Below, piece by piece: positions 38,242 through 51,100 of a stretch of 64,000 nucleotides of DNA (the first letter of the stretch is position 1; every line of letters starts with the position of its first letter). Under the pieces are notes generated by a model, which saw only the letters and a list, made by a program, of their open reading frames with translations, was not told the origin of the DNA and ran no database searches. Both the position numbers and the translations under genes were made by a program. This stretch comes from Trichosphaerium sp. ATCC 40318 (Eukaryota; Protista; Tubulinea), in contig JALMLS010000438.1 in assembly GCA_038496445.1 (NCBI GenBank), forward strand, positions 124,001 through 188,000, read 5' to 3'.

Positions 38242-39445
38242 ACCTCCTTGGGAACAAGACATGTCTTAAGTACCTTGGTGGGGATGAGCACGCTGTACTC
38301 TACACACTTTACCACAACCACATGTTTGGTTGTGTTGTAACCATTCTCTTCTAACATTATAACACCCACAGCAGGTGTAGAAATGTTAATCGAGTTCTGG
38401 ATTACAGGCATAGTACCCTAACAGGTGCATGTCATAAGTTGCCTCAACATCTTTGTGATGTAGGTGGTAAACTTTTTACCCACAAGGAACGGCTCATGTC
38501 CAAGTACTTATGGGATGAAAGACACCCGTGTGTTAAGATTGATGCCCTTAGTAGGCAACGTTTGGAAGCACCAACGCTCTTGTTCTCTTCTAGCATTATA
38601 ACACATCCAAAAAAGGAAAAGTGTAGAAATGCTAATCGAGTTCTGAGCAATGTTACACCAATGTGCAAGTCACATGGTTAACATAATACAAGGTATGTGT
38701 TGAAGTCCTTAATGGGCTACAAAACCATATTAACGTATAACTGACCTTTGTTCTCTTCTAACATTATAACACCCATAGCAGGTGTAGAAATGTTAATCGA
38801 GTTCTAGAGCTAATACACATGGCGCTAACTTGGATCACTTCTTCTAGCATTATAACACTTCTTCAAGGAGGTGTAGAAATACTAATCGGGTGCTGAGCCA
38901 GGTAAGCATTAGGTATGTATTGAAGCCCTCAGTGGGTAACAACTAACTACCTGCGTATGAAAGTTATTATCTCTTCTAGTATTATAACACTTCCCATCAA
39001 GGAGGTGTAGAAATACTAATCGAGATATTGTAACACATCATTACAGTCCTAAGCATGTACAAATATCATATGCCTGCGTGGATGAAAGGAATCAATGATT
39101 CCAACTAAGTAATTCAAGAAACTGTATGACACATCTAGGGAACACCTAAAGGAAAGACAAGTTCTAGTACTTCGGTGGTAACAGATGTGATGCATTGACT
39201 CAATTGACGGAAAGGCACTCAAGCCAAGTACATCAACATGAGTACATGCAAGTGTTACAACTTTAACCTCACCAAGGAAAGGACCAGCCGAGTACTTGAG
39301 AGGAAAGGTATCATACGCTGTGTAACACATCTAGGTAACACCAAAAGGAAAGACAAGTTCTAGTACTTCGGTGGGTAATAGATATGGGCTGGTCTGAATG
39401 GCAATGGCAGATTAAAGGAAAAGGCAGTCAACCCAAGTACGTTTA
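38242..39445 (+). repeat. Seven hairpins carrying a GAA/AGTA (loop-E/S-turn-type) internal loop (motif B)
   Basis: stem-G GAA-short hairpin-AGTA C-stem at about 38242, 38478, 39143, 39204, 39267, 39339 and 39413. Confidence 0.75.
38345..39027 (+). repeat. Five copies of a structured hairpin motif (motif A)
   Basis: TCTCTTCTARYATTATAACAC-variable-GTGTAGAAATRYTAATCGRG at 38345-38394, 38584-38640, 38752-38801, 38838-38890 and 38968-39027. Confidence 0.9.
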
Positions 39446-39654
39446 GGTAGTGGTACACATTCTAACTCATCTAGCAAAACAAGACGGAAATGGTTGGCAT
39501 TACAAAAGGTATGTAGTGAAGCCCTTAGTGGAGCAAAATCACATGGATGTAGACTAACCTTTATTTTATACTGTAGTAGCGCACTCAAAGGATAGGAGGA
39601 TCACACTTGGACAAAGGTACAGCCCATACTGCTTACTGACGTTTAGGTCTAGTT

Positions 39655-40092
39655 CAAGATGTAGGAGTTCAATGAGGAGGTGCAAGTTCATTTGCTAACT
39701 TAGCTGCGCTATACACACTACTGATGAAGGTGTGTATAGCCAAATGATCCAGGGATATGCAGTTTTAGGTAACTCATTCTTATGAGCAGATGTGGAGTCA
39801 GGTGCTTTTAATATTGGCGCTAACTATGAGCATGATGGTAGGTTGTGGTGCCATTGGTGCTAACTTAGGTACTGGCACACAAGATGTCGGAGTTCAATGA
39901 GGAGGTGCAAGTTCATTTGCTAACTTAACTGCGCTATACACACTACTGATGAAGGTGTGTATAGCTAATTGATCCAGGGATATGCAGTTTTAGGTAACTC
40001 ATTCTTATGAGCAGATGTAGATGTCAGGTGGTTCTAATATTGGCGCTAACTATAAACATGAGGGTAAGTTGTGGTGCCATTGGTGGTAACTT
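39655..40092. repeat. Tandem duplication, about 212-bp units, period 225
   Basis: 39655-39866 is highly similar to 39880-40092. Each unit contains the hairpin gctatacac...gtgtatagc. Confidence 0.9.
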
Positions 40093-41163
40093 TTGTGTAG
40101 GTTGGCTAAAAGATGTTGGCAAAGGGATACAGATTTGGGTGCAAGTGGATGCTTAGCATAAGTACGTGTTTATTGGATGTTTAAAAGTGTATTTACTAAC
40201 TGTTCTACCTTTGCAACTTGGGGCTTACAATAGGTAGGTACAAGGAGGGGTATAGATTCATAGGATGGTGCGTTAGGCAGGATTCACGGGATGGATGGGG
40301 CAATTGGGATTGTTACACCTACTGCTCATTATACGACTGTCGTGGTATCTGGACTGTAGTTTGTTCTTCATCATCTTAGCACATGCCAGCTGGGGCAGTT
40401 TTCACTAGCTAACCAAGTGGTTGACACGTGTTGAGTGACAAGGAACAGATTACAGGGCAGTAGGTGTAACTCACAATAGGTTAGGTACAATGGGATGTGG
40501 ATGCACAGGATGGGTGCAGTAGATGTAATCATTAGGTAGGATTCACAGATTGGCTTGGGTGATAAGGGATGATGGCTTGCAGAACGGTACATATGTAGTG
40601 TCCTTTAATAACTTACTTTCTATTCTATACGTAGGGTTTCGCTGGTTCACACAAGGGGGTTGTTGTAATTAATAAAATCCTTTTTCTTCTATTTAATTTA
40701 ACATTTCACCGTTTTCTTTTTCTCTTGCATTTAGCATGCTCACTGCAGGGGTAGGCAATGTATAGCAACTTTAAAAACAACTTACTTCAGCCAATTGAAG
40801 TTTTGTTGTTGTACATTTCTTTGTTTGAGTGCATTGATAAACTGTTTGGAAGTTTATGATTATATTCACGTTTAGTTATGTATTCTGGATGTACTGCATT
40901 TTCTGTGCTTTTGTGGAACACTAATTCCTATTGCTTTGACTGTCAGTACTTTTCTTCAGTAACACAAACGAAGTTTCAATACAACTTGTGCGCTATTAAG
41001 TATAGCTCATGTTCAAAATAGTAATTGAAGTGTAGGTGACCGTTCAAACGTACTAGCACTTTGTATACAGATTCTTTAAAACGCATAGTAGGTCTCAGTC
41101 CCTATTAGTTGGCTCTTAACCTATCAACAATCCTAAGACAATAGTACCAAGACAGTAAGCACT

Positions 41164-41846
41164 TTATTTTATACTTTTATGTTTCATGTTGTCTTTTTCA
41201 TCCTCATAAATAACCATACGTATAGTCAACGATATACGTCTATCCCCAAGAACACCTCCTTTTTTGATAGAATGTTGCCAAATATACCTCGACTCACCTG
41301 TAAGAATAAACATGGAATTCTGACGAATAAGTGTTTTCCTTTCACGTGTATCTTTTCTCTTTTTCCAAGTCATCTCCATGTCCGATAACAAGCTTACACC
41401 AAATATAGCCTCATTATAAAGCTTCTTGTTATCTGTATGAGAACCAAGAGAACTATCTTTGTTGTACTCGTTAATGAACACTTCAGTGTACTTATCTTGT
41501 CCAAGATTGTTTTCAGCGACATTACATTTTGGAAGATGTTTTTCGCAAAATCGAAAAATATGTGAAACCAAGTCTTTAGTGAACTTTGGAAGTGGTTTAA
41601 CCTGGCTTGAAGCGTTTAATTTCCATGATTTATCGTGTACAGGTCCATAGAATTGAACTCTACGCGTTTTAGACCTATTTGGTTCCCAGTTTTGTAAATC
41701 AATGTTATTTACTAAATTTTGTGCTTCTTGAGCGTTTAGAAAGTCATTGATGATGTATAAACCTTCAGCGGCCGTTAAGTGGACGTAAAATTTACGCGAA
41801 AGGTACCTTTGATTGTTTGGGACTCTTCGTAGGCGATTTCAGCCAT
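41164..41846 (-). CDS. AlkB-family 2OG-Fe(II) dioxygenase
   Basis: MAEIAYEESQTIK|GLYIINDFL..RRVQFYG..INEY...GSHTD...GVSLLS...WQHSI...RRISLTIR, giving HxD...H and RxSxTxR. One intron. Confidence 0.9.
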
Positions 41847-42028
41847 GATCGACTAGTTTTATTTATGTTGAAGCTTAAAGGACGCATTCAGAGAAAACTT
41901 GAAGTGTAATTTTTGATCAAGAGAACTTTATCACTCATCACAAGTGGTATTCGCATCTTACTAAGACAGACATAGTATACAGAGGTTGTACTCAACATAT
42001 AACTGCGCTGTAGTTTTTTATAGACAAA

Positions 42029-45000
42029 ATGGCGCACAGCCGTACGGAAAGCGTACAAAACAACCTTCTTAAGTGTAAATAGGCAAACGACAACGTTCAG
42101 ACGCTACGCCCTACGAACCAGATGCAAAACGACGTAAAGTCGTAAAAGGAGAAGTTTATCTGCGTTTCGAAGTAGTTGATACGCCTCTAAACGACTCAGA
42201 TGAAGTACGCTATTTAAACTCAATTCACAAGCGTTAAACTTCCGTTAGATATCAGCTACAGAGCTACACGACTTTTTAGAATCAAAATATGACGAAAAGG
42301 TTTACTATCCACTGAACATTATTCCGACTCAGTAAGTTCTACCGCCATTTTGTTTGTGGGTTATCTACGAGATTCCCACAGCAAACATTATCACAGTTAT
42401 AACTTTTTTGAAGAAGCGGGTCGCCCATTGCGTTTGCTATGATGACGAATCCACATCGTATGCGTGCTGAACGTCCTACAAGGTTCAAACATTACAGGGT
42501 ATGTATAAGTATGTCTGTTGATGACACGTGTACATAGAAACCTTGAAGTGACGAAATTTTTTTTGGCGCTTTTTTCTTGTTGGCAACTTCTAAGCTCTAT
42601 GTTAGGTATCATTTGGGAAACCAAGGAACTCGCGTAAAAGAGATGAAGAGGTTGCAAAAACTCACCTTATACTGCTTACAGAGTGTTGCCAAGTTGGCAC
42701 TTTCGTAGACGGTCAAACATTTTCAAAAGCTGGTTGCTTATGGACCCCTGATAATGATACACCATCAGGTATCTTACTAATCATAAAAGTAAAAAAATCA
42801 TGTGAAGATCACGTGAAACAAACCATGCTAAAATGAAGGATACCTAACTTGGATTTTCTTAGATTCGTACCTCTCACGTCACAGTCGTATGTCTCTTTCT
42901 AGATTGTTCACATATGACTTCAATCATGTAACATTCCAACCTTTGATGCTTGAAGAAGAAGAACATATGTTCCCAATAGAAACAGCTATGCGTATTACAG
43001 TACCTTTTGCAGATATGACAAACTGGATTGTTTCAAAAGCGCCAACGACTAACTTGGCGTATGATATTTTCTTTACAGCAACTTGCCCTCCACAGATTTA
43101 CAGAAAACGTAAGCCTCTTACAATGCAACACGTATCAACCCACGTGTATTCTTTTCTTCTAAAATGAACAGGGAAAACTAACGTGTCACGTGTTTTATAG
43201 GTGATATGGGTGGAAGAGTACGTTCAGAGCATGATGCATTTGTTAGAGTTGGAGCTGCTTTTTTAAAAGAACAAGAAATATGTGGTTTTACTGATGAGAA
43301 GACATTGTATCTTAGAGTCAGGCCAAGACTTATCAATGCAAGAGGTAATATTGAGCCTTCTGATGATGATTCTATAAAGGAAGCTTTTCTACAGAAGCTT
43401 GAGAGTATTTTAAAGACAGACGATATTCCTAACTTTCCTGTTACTCATGTTGATAAGCAAAGTTCTCACTCAGAACATCTTGCTAATCTACCATTCCCTC
43501 TTCAGTTTGCTATATATCAATTGTCTACATGGGGTAATGTAAATCTAAGAACAGTTGATGATGACTTTTATAACCTCATATAGTACGCACAACATAAATG
43601 TTATGAAGCTAGCTATCTACTGCTTTTTTTTTGGAACAAAAAATTATCGACAGAATTCTGCTTTTTGGTTACTCCGTATTTCTCCACAAACATAATACAC
43701 AGCACGTTTGATTGTTTTTTTTCAACGTAGTACAAATGTGTTTTATTTTTAGTTTCATTGTTGTTCGGTGTACTGATTTGTTTGTTTAGTAATGCAGGTC
43801 AAGAATCTGTTATTTCATGTTTAAATAAAATGTGGAAACCTGATGGTGTCAGGATAAATTATCCTGTATCTATGCTGAAACAATTCCTTCTTAAACATGA
43901 ACACGTCGATTATATAGTACCAAATCATTGTGTTATGACTCACAGGTACATGTTTCTGTTCGATAAAGAACATTGCAAAAGTTGACTACTGACTTAACAT
44001 CAGGGCGATTATCACTCCCTTGAAGACTTATATTGTCGGACCTGTTCCTGAGATATCTAATAGAGTTGTGAGGCATTTTGAAAAGTATCAGGACCGCTTT
44101 TTAAGAGTATCATTAGCTGATGGTACAGAAGCTTTGTTCAACTTTTTTACGGTTTATATCCGCTTTCTCGTTTGTTTATTAATGGTTCTAGATAATATGA
44201 ATAAGTTAAATACATACGAACTAGATAAAAGTGATTTAGAAGACCGATTCAGAGATGTCCTGAAAAACGGTAAGACACCAACAATGTTGACTTAAACACA
44301 TGCTTTTTTTCTGAAACGTTTTGTACTTTTTTCGTCTTGATTGATTGTCTACTGAGTTGTACTTATATTCAACATAGGCATACATATATGTGGTAGACAT
44401 TATGTATTTCTTTGCTTTTCTCAATCGCAGCTTAAAGGTAAGCAATGACGAAATAGTACATGGTGTTATTTTCTTGTACAAACAAGTTTAAACACTTTCT
44501 TTCAGAGCATTCTTTCTGGATGTTTTCAGAAACAGATGATCTTAGTGTCACGCTCATTCGTGGTTGGATGGGTGATTTTACTGCTAATAAAACTATTGGC
44601 AAATACGCGGCAAGGTGAGCACGTGAAACTTAAAAACTTTGATATTTTTCATTTGTGTCATTGCTCACAAGCTTTTTAAAGAATGGGTCAATGCTTTACA
44701 AGTACTAAAGCAACAATACAACTTGATGAAACAGAAATTTGTTGTATACCAGATCTTAAAGGACCTCCTCCTGATAACGAGTTTGTATTTAGTGATGGAG
44801 TTGGTACGAAAACTAGATGAGAACTCCATGTAGCTTTGTATTTATATTACCTTACCCTTACTTGATTATAGGTAAAATAAGCGAAGATATGGCATCTAGA
44901 GTAGCTAATGAGCTAGGCATTGATATCATACCATCTGCGTTTCAGGTACGAGCTCAAGAATGCACTTTCAAATAGAACAAAGAAAGATTTCATCATTCCT

Positions 45001-47886
45001 TACTGTTTGATATTAGATTCGTCTTGGTGGATTAAAAGGTGTTTTAGCAGTTGATCCAACTCTAAAGACTCATAGTGTTTGCTATAGACCATCTATGAGT
45101 AAGTTTGCGAGCCCTCATCTAGTCTTTGAAGTATGCACTTATAGCCGTCCAATGGCTGCGTATTTAAATAGACAAATCATTATTCTCTTGGCATGTAGGG
45201 GCATAAGACCAGAGGTACATGATTTGACTTTCATTAAATATGTAAAAACCACGTGATTTTTTTTTCCGACATGTTTGGTTGACGAGTTTTTTTAAGGTGT
45301 TCTTGAAACTCCAAGAATCTATTGTACAGGACGCTGATAGCGCAACATTAGACAAAGAATCAGCAATAAGAATTATGCAACGTGTAGGAGCTAATTATAT
45401 GCTTTGTCGTCGTGCTCTTGAAGCAGGGTTTGATGTAACAGAACCACTATTAAACAGCATGTTGCGGCTTCTAAAATGTCGTGTTTTAAAGAACATAAAA
45501 GAACGTGCAAGGCACGTGATAAATCATAAATGTTCTCACTCTAAGCGAATTCCTAGAATTCCTGTAGGTGATACTGCAAGACTTCTCATTGGTGTTGTTG
45601 ATGAGACAGGGACTCTTGAGTATGGTCAAGTGTATATACGAGTCACAACCGATGTACATGACCCAGAAGGCGATTTGTTCTCTGTGATTGGACCAGTTAT
45701 TGTAGCTAAGAACCCTTGCTTGCACGCAGGTAAACATTACTAATCTTTCTATTTCATATTGATGATTTGAGTACAGGTGATGTACGCCGGTTGATTGCAG
45801 TTGGAGATGTGCCGGAGTTATCTCATTTGACGAATGTAGTTGTATTCCCAGCAAAAGGTACAGTGGACTTAATAGTTCAACTTCTTTTCCTGCCTGATTT
45901 GAACTGATCATCTCGCTTGATGACTAACATTTTGTATCACAGGCCCAAGACCTCATCCAGATGAGTGTAGTGGATCTGATTTAGATGGAGACCAATATTT
46001 TATTACATGGGATAATGCGCTTATACCAGAGTTAGTTTTTTGTTATTTGAGTTCTACAATGCTGTTTTTCTAATATTTTGTTTTAGTTCTCCTAATCATG
46101 AACCAATGGACTATACTCCTCCTCCTACAGCTTACGTAGATAACGTAACTATGGAGTCAATTGTAGAATACTTCATCTCTTCTATGACAAATGATGCGCT
46201 TGGGATAATCGCTAACGCACATGTGCGTTTTTTTTTCTTTTCATTTGAGTAAACTTTTCTTCTGAAACAAACTGTTATTTTCTTCGTGCCTTATTGAAAC
46301 ATCAACGGTTTTTTATCGTATTACATACCCAGCATATCTGAGTATAAAATTTCTATGTAATACATGATTTTGAGACACTTTGTATCGCTGTAGCTGCTTT
46401 TTAAGGGATTTTTTTTTTGCTTATGTTGTCTTAGCTTGCCACAGCAGATGAGAAAGGTGCTGACTCTCCAGAATGTCTAATGCTCGCACAACTTCATTCA
46501 GAAGCTGTGGATTATCCAAAAACAGGAGTGAAAGCAGAAATGCCCCAGGAGTTAAAACCACAAAGAAAACCGTATGTTTTGGCAAACTTCTTTGTTTTAA
46601 TATCAAACTTAACCTGAAGTTAAGGCATTACATGCGTTGTGGAAGAAATCAGACACCCTATGATTCAAAGAGCGTATTAGGGAAACTATATGATGCTATA
46701 CATATACCTATGCATTCCACATTTCCTGTAGGATATAGCAATGTACAAAAGGACCCAGACTTCAATTTTGGTGCGTTGAGTTTTTGTCTTCGGCCAGGAT
46801 TACACACTGTAAAATCAGTTTGTTCACCAAAAAATTTATAAACATGTTTATTGAGAAAATACGCTACGAAAAAACAGATGGACCTTGTTAAGGCTTAAAA
46901 CCTAACTCGGAATTTTACCAAACACAAATTTGTAAAAAAAACCAACTGAAATTTGAAAGTTTTTTCTGATGTGGTTAACTCTTGTTTTTGTGGTCAAAGG
47001 TTTATCACTTGTTCCAACATTTTTGTTGTTAATTTTGGGTTCCGTTAATTAACTTTGTAGATAAAACAAATGTTAGCATTGAGGAGTTTGGACAGGTGAT
47101 GGAAATGTGTTCTAAGTATAACAAGGGAATGAAGCGAATATTGTATCATTATGGTATTGAGAGGGAAGTTGAAGTTATGCTTGGAGATATTATTAAAGCA
47201 CATAAACTATTTGATGTAAAGAAGCATAATTACTACAACGTCAGACAGAACTCTGGAAGGGTACAAAAAAAAATACAAAAAAAATTCCGAGTGAAAAAAA
47301 AGGCCACTTCAGGCAAACTTGTTTTTAGTACTCCAGCATAGCTTGCTTGATATCAAATTAGATTTATTTAGCTCCTTCCTATTGTTGAAACAATGGGTTA
47401 CAAATTCTTTGAATTTGCAAGTCACGTGAATCCATACAAAGACAAGAACATTTTACCAAAAAAAAACTTAAGGGCTTTTATTTACTTCGTACTTAGGCCT
47501 ACTTCACCCTCAAAGATGTTGCTGTTAAACAGTTTTGGAATCCTATAATACCTCATTTAAGCTCATATTCACCTGAAAATGAAGATATCTTAGCGCACAT
47601 GGTAAGCAAACACCAAATGAAAAAAACCATTGCGAAAACAAATCAGTTTTTTGTTAATGTTGTTTGCATTTAGATATCAACAAGAGCAAAGATGTGTTAT
47701 CATGTGGCTTATGCCGAAAGTGATCAAACAAGAAGAAAAGAGAAAAAACGTCTGTTAAGTTTTCCTTGGGTTGCTTGTGAAGGTGTTTTACTTCTTATCA
47801 AAAAAAAAGCAAAACCGTCAGAGTATATTAATTTAGGACTTGCTTTCATAGAACACATGCATCAACCTGCTCTCTGGAACAGGTAG
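42029..47886 (+). CDS. Eukaryotic (RNAi-type) RNA-dependent RNA polymerase
   Basis: SNRVVRHF, DRFLRV, FSQSQLK, WMGDF, KYAARMGQCF, FSDGVGKIS, PSAFQIRLGGLKGVL, LNRQII, VAKNPCLHAGD and catalytic CSGSDLDGD (about 45966-45992). Many introns; the exact 3' end is uncertain. Confidence 0.95.
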
Positions 47887-48186
47887 AACCAATGCTTGTG
47901 GACATGTTTTGGCGTTATGACTATGCTGTATACAGTAGCGTTCCTCTACGGAGTCAAATTGTACAAAAAAATACATGAATAAAGTAAACTGTAATACAAA
48001 GCTATGTTGCTAAATCTTAAGGAACTGCCTCGTTTCAAGACTTTATTTTTGAGTGATGCTTTAATCTCCAGTTTTTGTGAGTACCTTAGAAGGTGATTTC
48101 AGACCTAGACATTGTAAACAATAAATAGAAACACAGTAAACTCAAGTTCTTTGAACACAAAAGAACTTGTGTATTTCATCAGAAAC

Positions 48187-51100
48187 ATGGCTACAGTAAC
48201 CGAGCAGAACCGCTTATATATGGTAAAACTTCAATATCGAACGAATTGCTTATTTAGCGAACCAGCCTTCAAAAAACGGTTCGTTTAGTTTCAGCTAAAG
48301 CACTTAAGTCGTTCTGATTGCGCTCGCTTAAAATTTCGGCGCTATTTCCTCAAGACATCATAAACAATCCGTTTTATGGCTGCCATTGAAAAGCCTACAT
48401 TGAGGACGACAGAAAGGTATGCTTTTTGGGCATTTCAACGTTAATTTAATTATCCACTTTAGCGACGACTTTCTAAAGAGCTCCCGAGTAATACAGCACG
48501 CAAGCTTGCACAAAATAACGCCTTTTGTTGGCAATTCACTCTACGGATCTACCAAAGAGCGACACGACGAGAAATCGTTCCCAAAATATTGGAATAAGTA
48601 TATTGGGGCTAATGGAAGGTTATTAAAAAAAGTACAACAAAAAAACTGTCAATAATGCTTTCTGACGTCTCTATTTAAGGTTATAGTAGCGGGTAACGAA
48701 ATACAAGTGAAGGCAAGCGAAACGGTTTTTTAAACGTCACCAACAAGCTAAATTATAACTAAGGGCGTAGAATGGCCCTTAGGAGGCGTAGTGCTACGTG
48801 GGCAGCACTTCATACCCAACCCAAAGTACGCAACTGAAAACCTGGTTGTAGTATTTAGTGGTTCTCATGGGAGTTGCGAATATCATTGCTCTACTTTCGC
48901 TTTGTGGTTTGCAAAACGAGGATGTCATGTATGGGTTTCAGTGAACTTGGGAAAAAGACGTTTTGGAAAAAAATTTTAACTTATCTTTTCTGTAGTGTTT
49001 GTGTATGGATTATCGAAGTTTTGGTGCTAGTACGGCGTCAACATATGTTCCTAGTACAAAACATAAATATGGAGTAAATGGTACTGATGATGAGTGGAGT
49101 TCGAAAGAAACGAAATTTCTTTCTATTTTTTTTATACTTTTCCTATTACTGAAAGAAAAAAATGTCTGACTGAGTTTCTTTCTTCAGGTCTTGCAAAGTT
49201 GCATGGCTCTCATTTATTCCAAGACGCTGTTGAATTTTATAATTGTGCCAAAGATGGTATCAAAGATCACAATGGACTTGTACGTTCAAGAAACCAACCG
49301 AAACGGATTAAAGTCTGACTTTTTTTCCTCTTAGAATTTTGAAACAAGGAATATAATTTTATATGGATTCTCCATGGGTGGTCCAATGGCTGCTTATGTT
49401 AGTCTTAAAGTTGCACTAGCTGGTGGTAGAATACGTGGATTAATACTTGATAGGTATGTGATTAAAATCATTTATTCTATATGCTCTTTCTCATCTTTTT
49501 TGTTGTTCCACAGAGCGATGGTTAATGTTAAACAAGGAGCTAAAAATAATGGTACAAACGTTCACGGCATGTATTCTTGTACTGACAAGAGATGTAGGCT
49601 TTCAATCATGGGCGGGTAGCATAGCTGCATTCACACATGACAACCTAGAAATTTCCAAGACATTGAAACAATTAAGTGATGTTTATGCTGACATACCTTT
49701 AATTATTACTGCTGGTGGTGAAGGATTCGATGAACATGCTGAAAGTGATCAAAAGCTAGGTATGTGTGATGTATAAGACGCTCAACATATTGATCTAACC
49801 TCAAGGCCTTACTCAATGCCATGTTGTATCCTAATTTAATTCCAATTGAAAAATCTTTTCTCTGGCTTTTGCCACAAAATTATCACGTGTTTTTGTCCTT
49901 TGCGATGATTTATTTATTTACTATTTTTCAAAGGTGCTGAAGCTCAGAATGTTGGATTAAATAACGTTAAAAAGGCATCTGTTGCTAATGCCGAACATGA
50001 AGATCACTACAAGATTTTATTAGAAATAGAAAATTTTTTAGATGTGTTACTTGTCAATTCTTTAGTTCGATTTTCTTCAGATATTCAAGACTCAGACGAT
50101 GAAGACACATCAGAAGAAAGATCTATAAGGTAAAACTTACAAAGAGTAGCCGGTGGGAGCCTTCTACAAACAGCTAACATGTAGCAATTTATTCTTATTT
50201 TTTTCTGCTTTAAACCTTTTTTGCTGTTTCTCTTTTCTTCTTTCTCTTTGTTCCGATTATCAGTGTTCCTTTATTTTGAAGCAGTGTATTCGTTGTCATT
50301 AATTTGTTTATTTAGGGAAAAAGAACAAGAGAAAAATGAAATAGTGAAACAAAACGCAGCAAATATTTTTAAAGAATTGAATGACGCTCTAAGAGCTAAG
50401 CGAAAAGCTGGACCAGAAAAAGCAGAGCCTTCTAGTGGTCCTAATGAAGAAAAACGACAAAAAGAATTATACAGATCAAGTTTCTCTTGTAGAGGAGGGT
50501 GGGATGCTTTGGAGGCAACATTAACTAGGTAAGCGAGTATAAAAAATAACAATTTGATTTTTTTTGGAAGATACAGTTTTTTCGGTTTTATTACTTGCAC
50601 GTGATTGCTTCACTTAATTATTATGTTCTCAACCACATTTTAATAATATTTTGAGTACCTGATGCTATACTCTGTTATTTGACAGTATCAGGAAACTGCA
50701 ACAAAACAACAAGAAAATTTTTGGAAAAATTACAAGTCAAAACAAATTTTTTGTTATACTCGTTTTTTGTTTCTTTACTTATCATTATTGCTAGTAATCC
50801 ACCTCCAAAATCACCTAGAATCATCCACACACCACGGGAAACATCTCGTAGAGAAACTATAGCTAACTCAACAGCGATACCAATAATCACAACCAGTTCT
50901 CCAAAGACACAAGAAGTTGAATTTAAAGCTTTGAATTCAAGTAATTCAATACCAGCACTATTAAAGATTTCGGCATCTTTAAAAAATGGGACTATACTAT
51001 TATGGATAGATAACCTATTTAATAAAGAAAAAAAAGCAACATTGGATCTGATGAAGAGTATTCCAAACATAACGGTACATTACTTTTTTTTTTTGGTAAC

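Larger units (their letters stand above)
37750..40680 (+). ncRNA. Putative spliced long non-coding RNA with arrays of structured motifs
   Basis: No ORF over 100 aa in the provided track. Canonical intron-like segments at 37797-37860, 37965-38021 and 40587-40634, AATAAA at 40671. Repeated covarying hairpins. Boundaries approximate, expression unproven. Confidence 0.5.

Noticed and set aside
39717-39740. CTGATGA suggesting a hammerhead ribozyme core
   Set aside because: No correctly placed GAAA/NUH or three-stem junction found in either copy.
40100-40580. GGATG-rich stretch reminiscent of CsrB-type GGA sponge repeats
   Set aside because: No regular hairpin presentation of the GGA, and the context is eukaryotic; kept only as part of the lncRNA locus.
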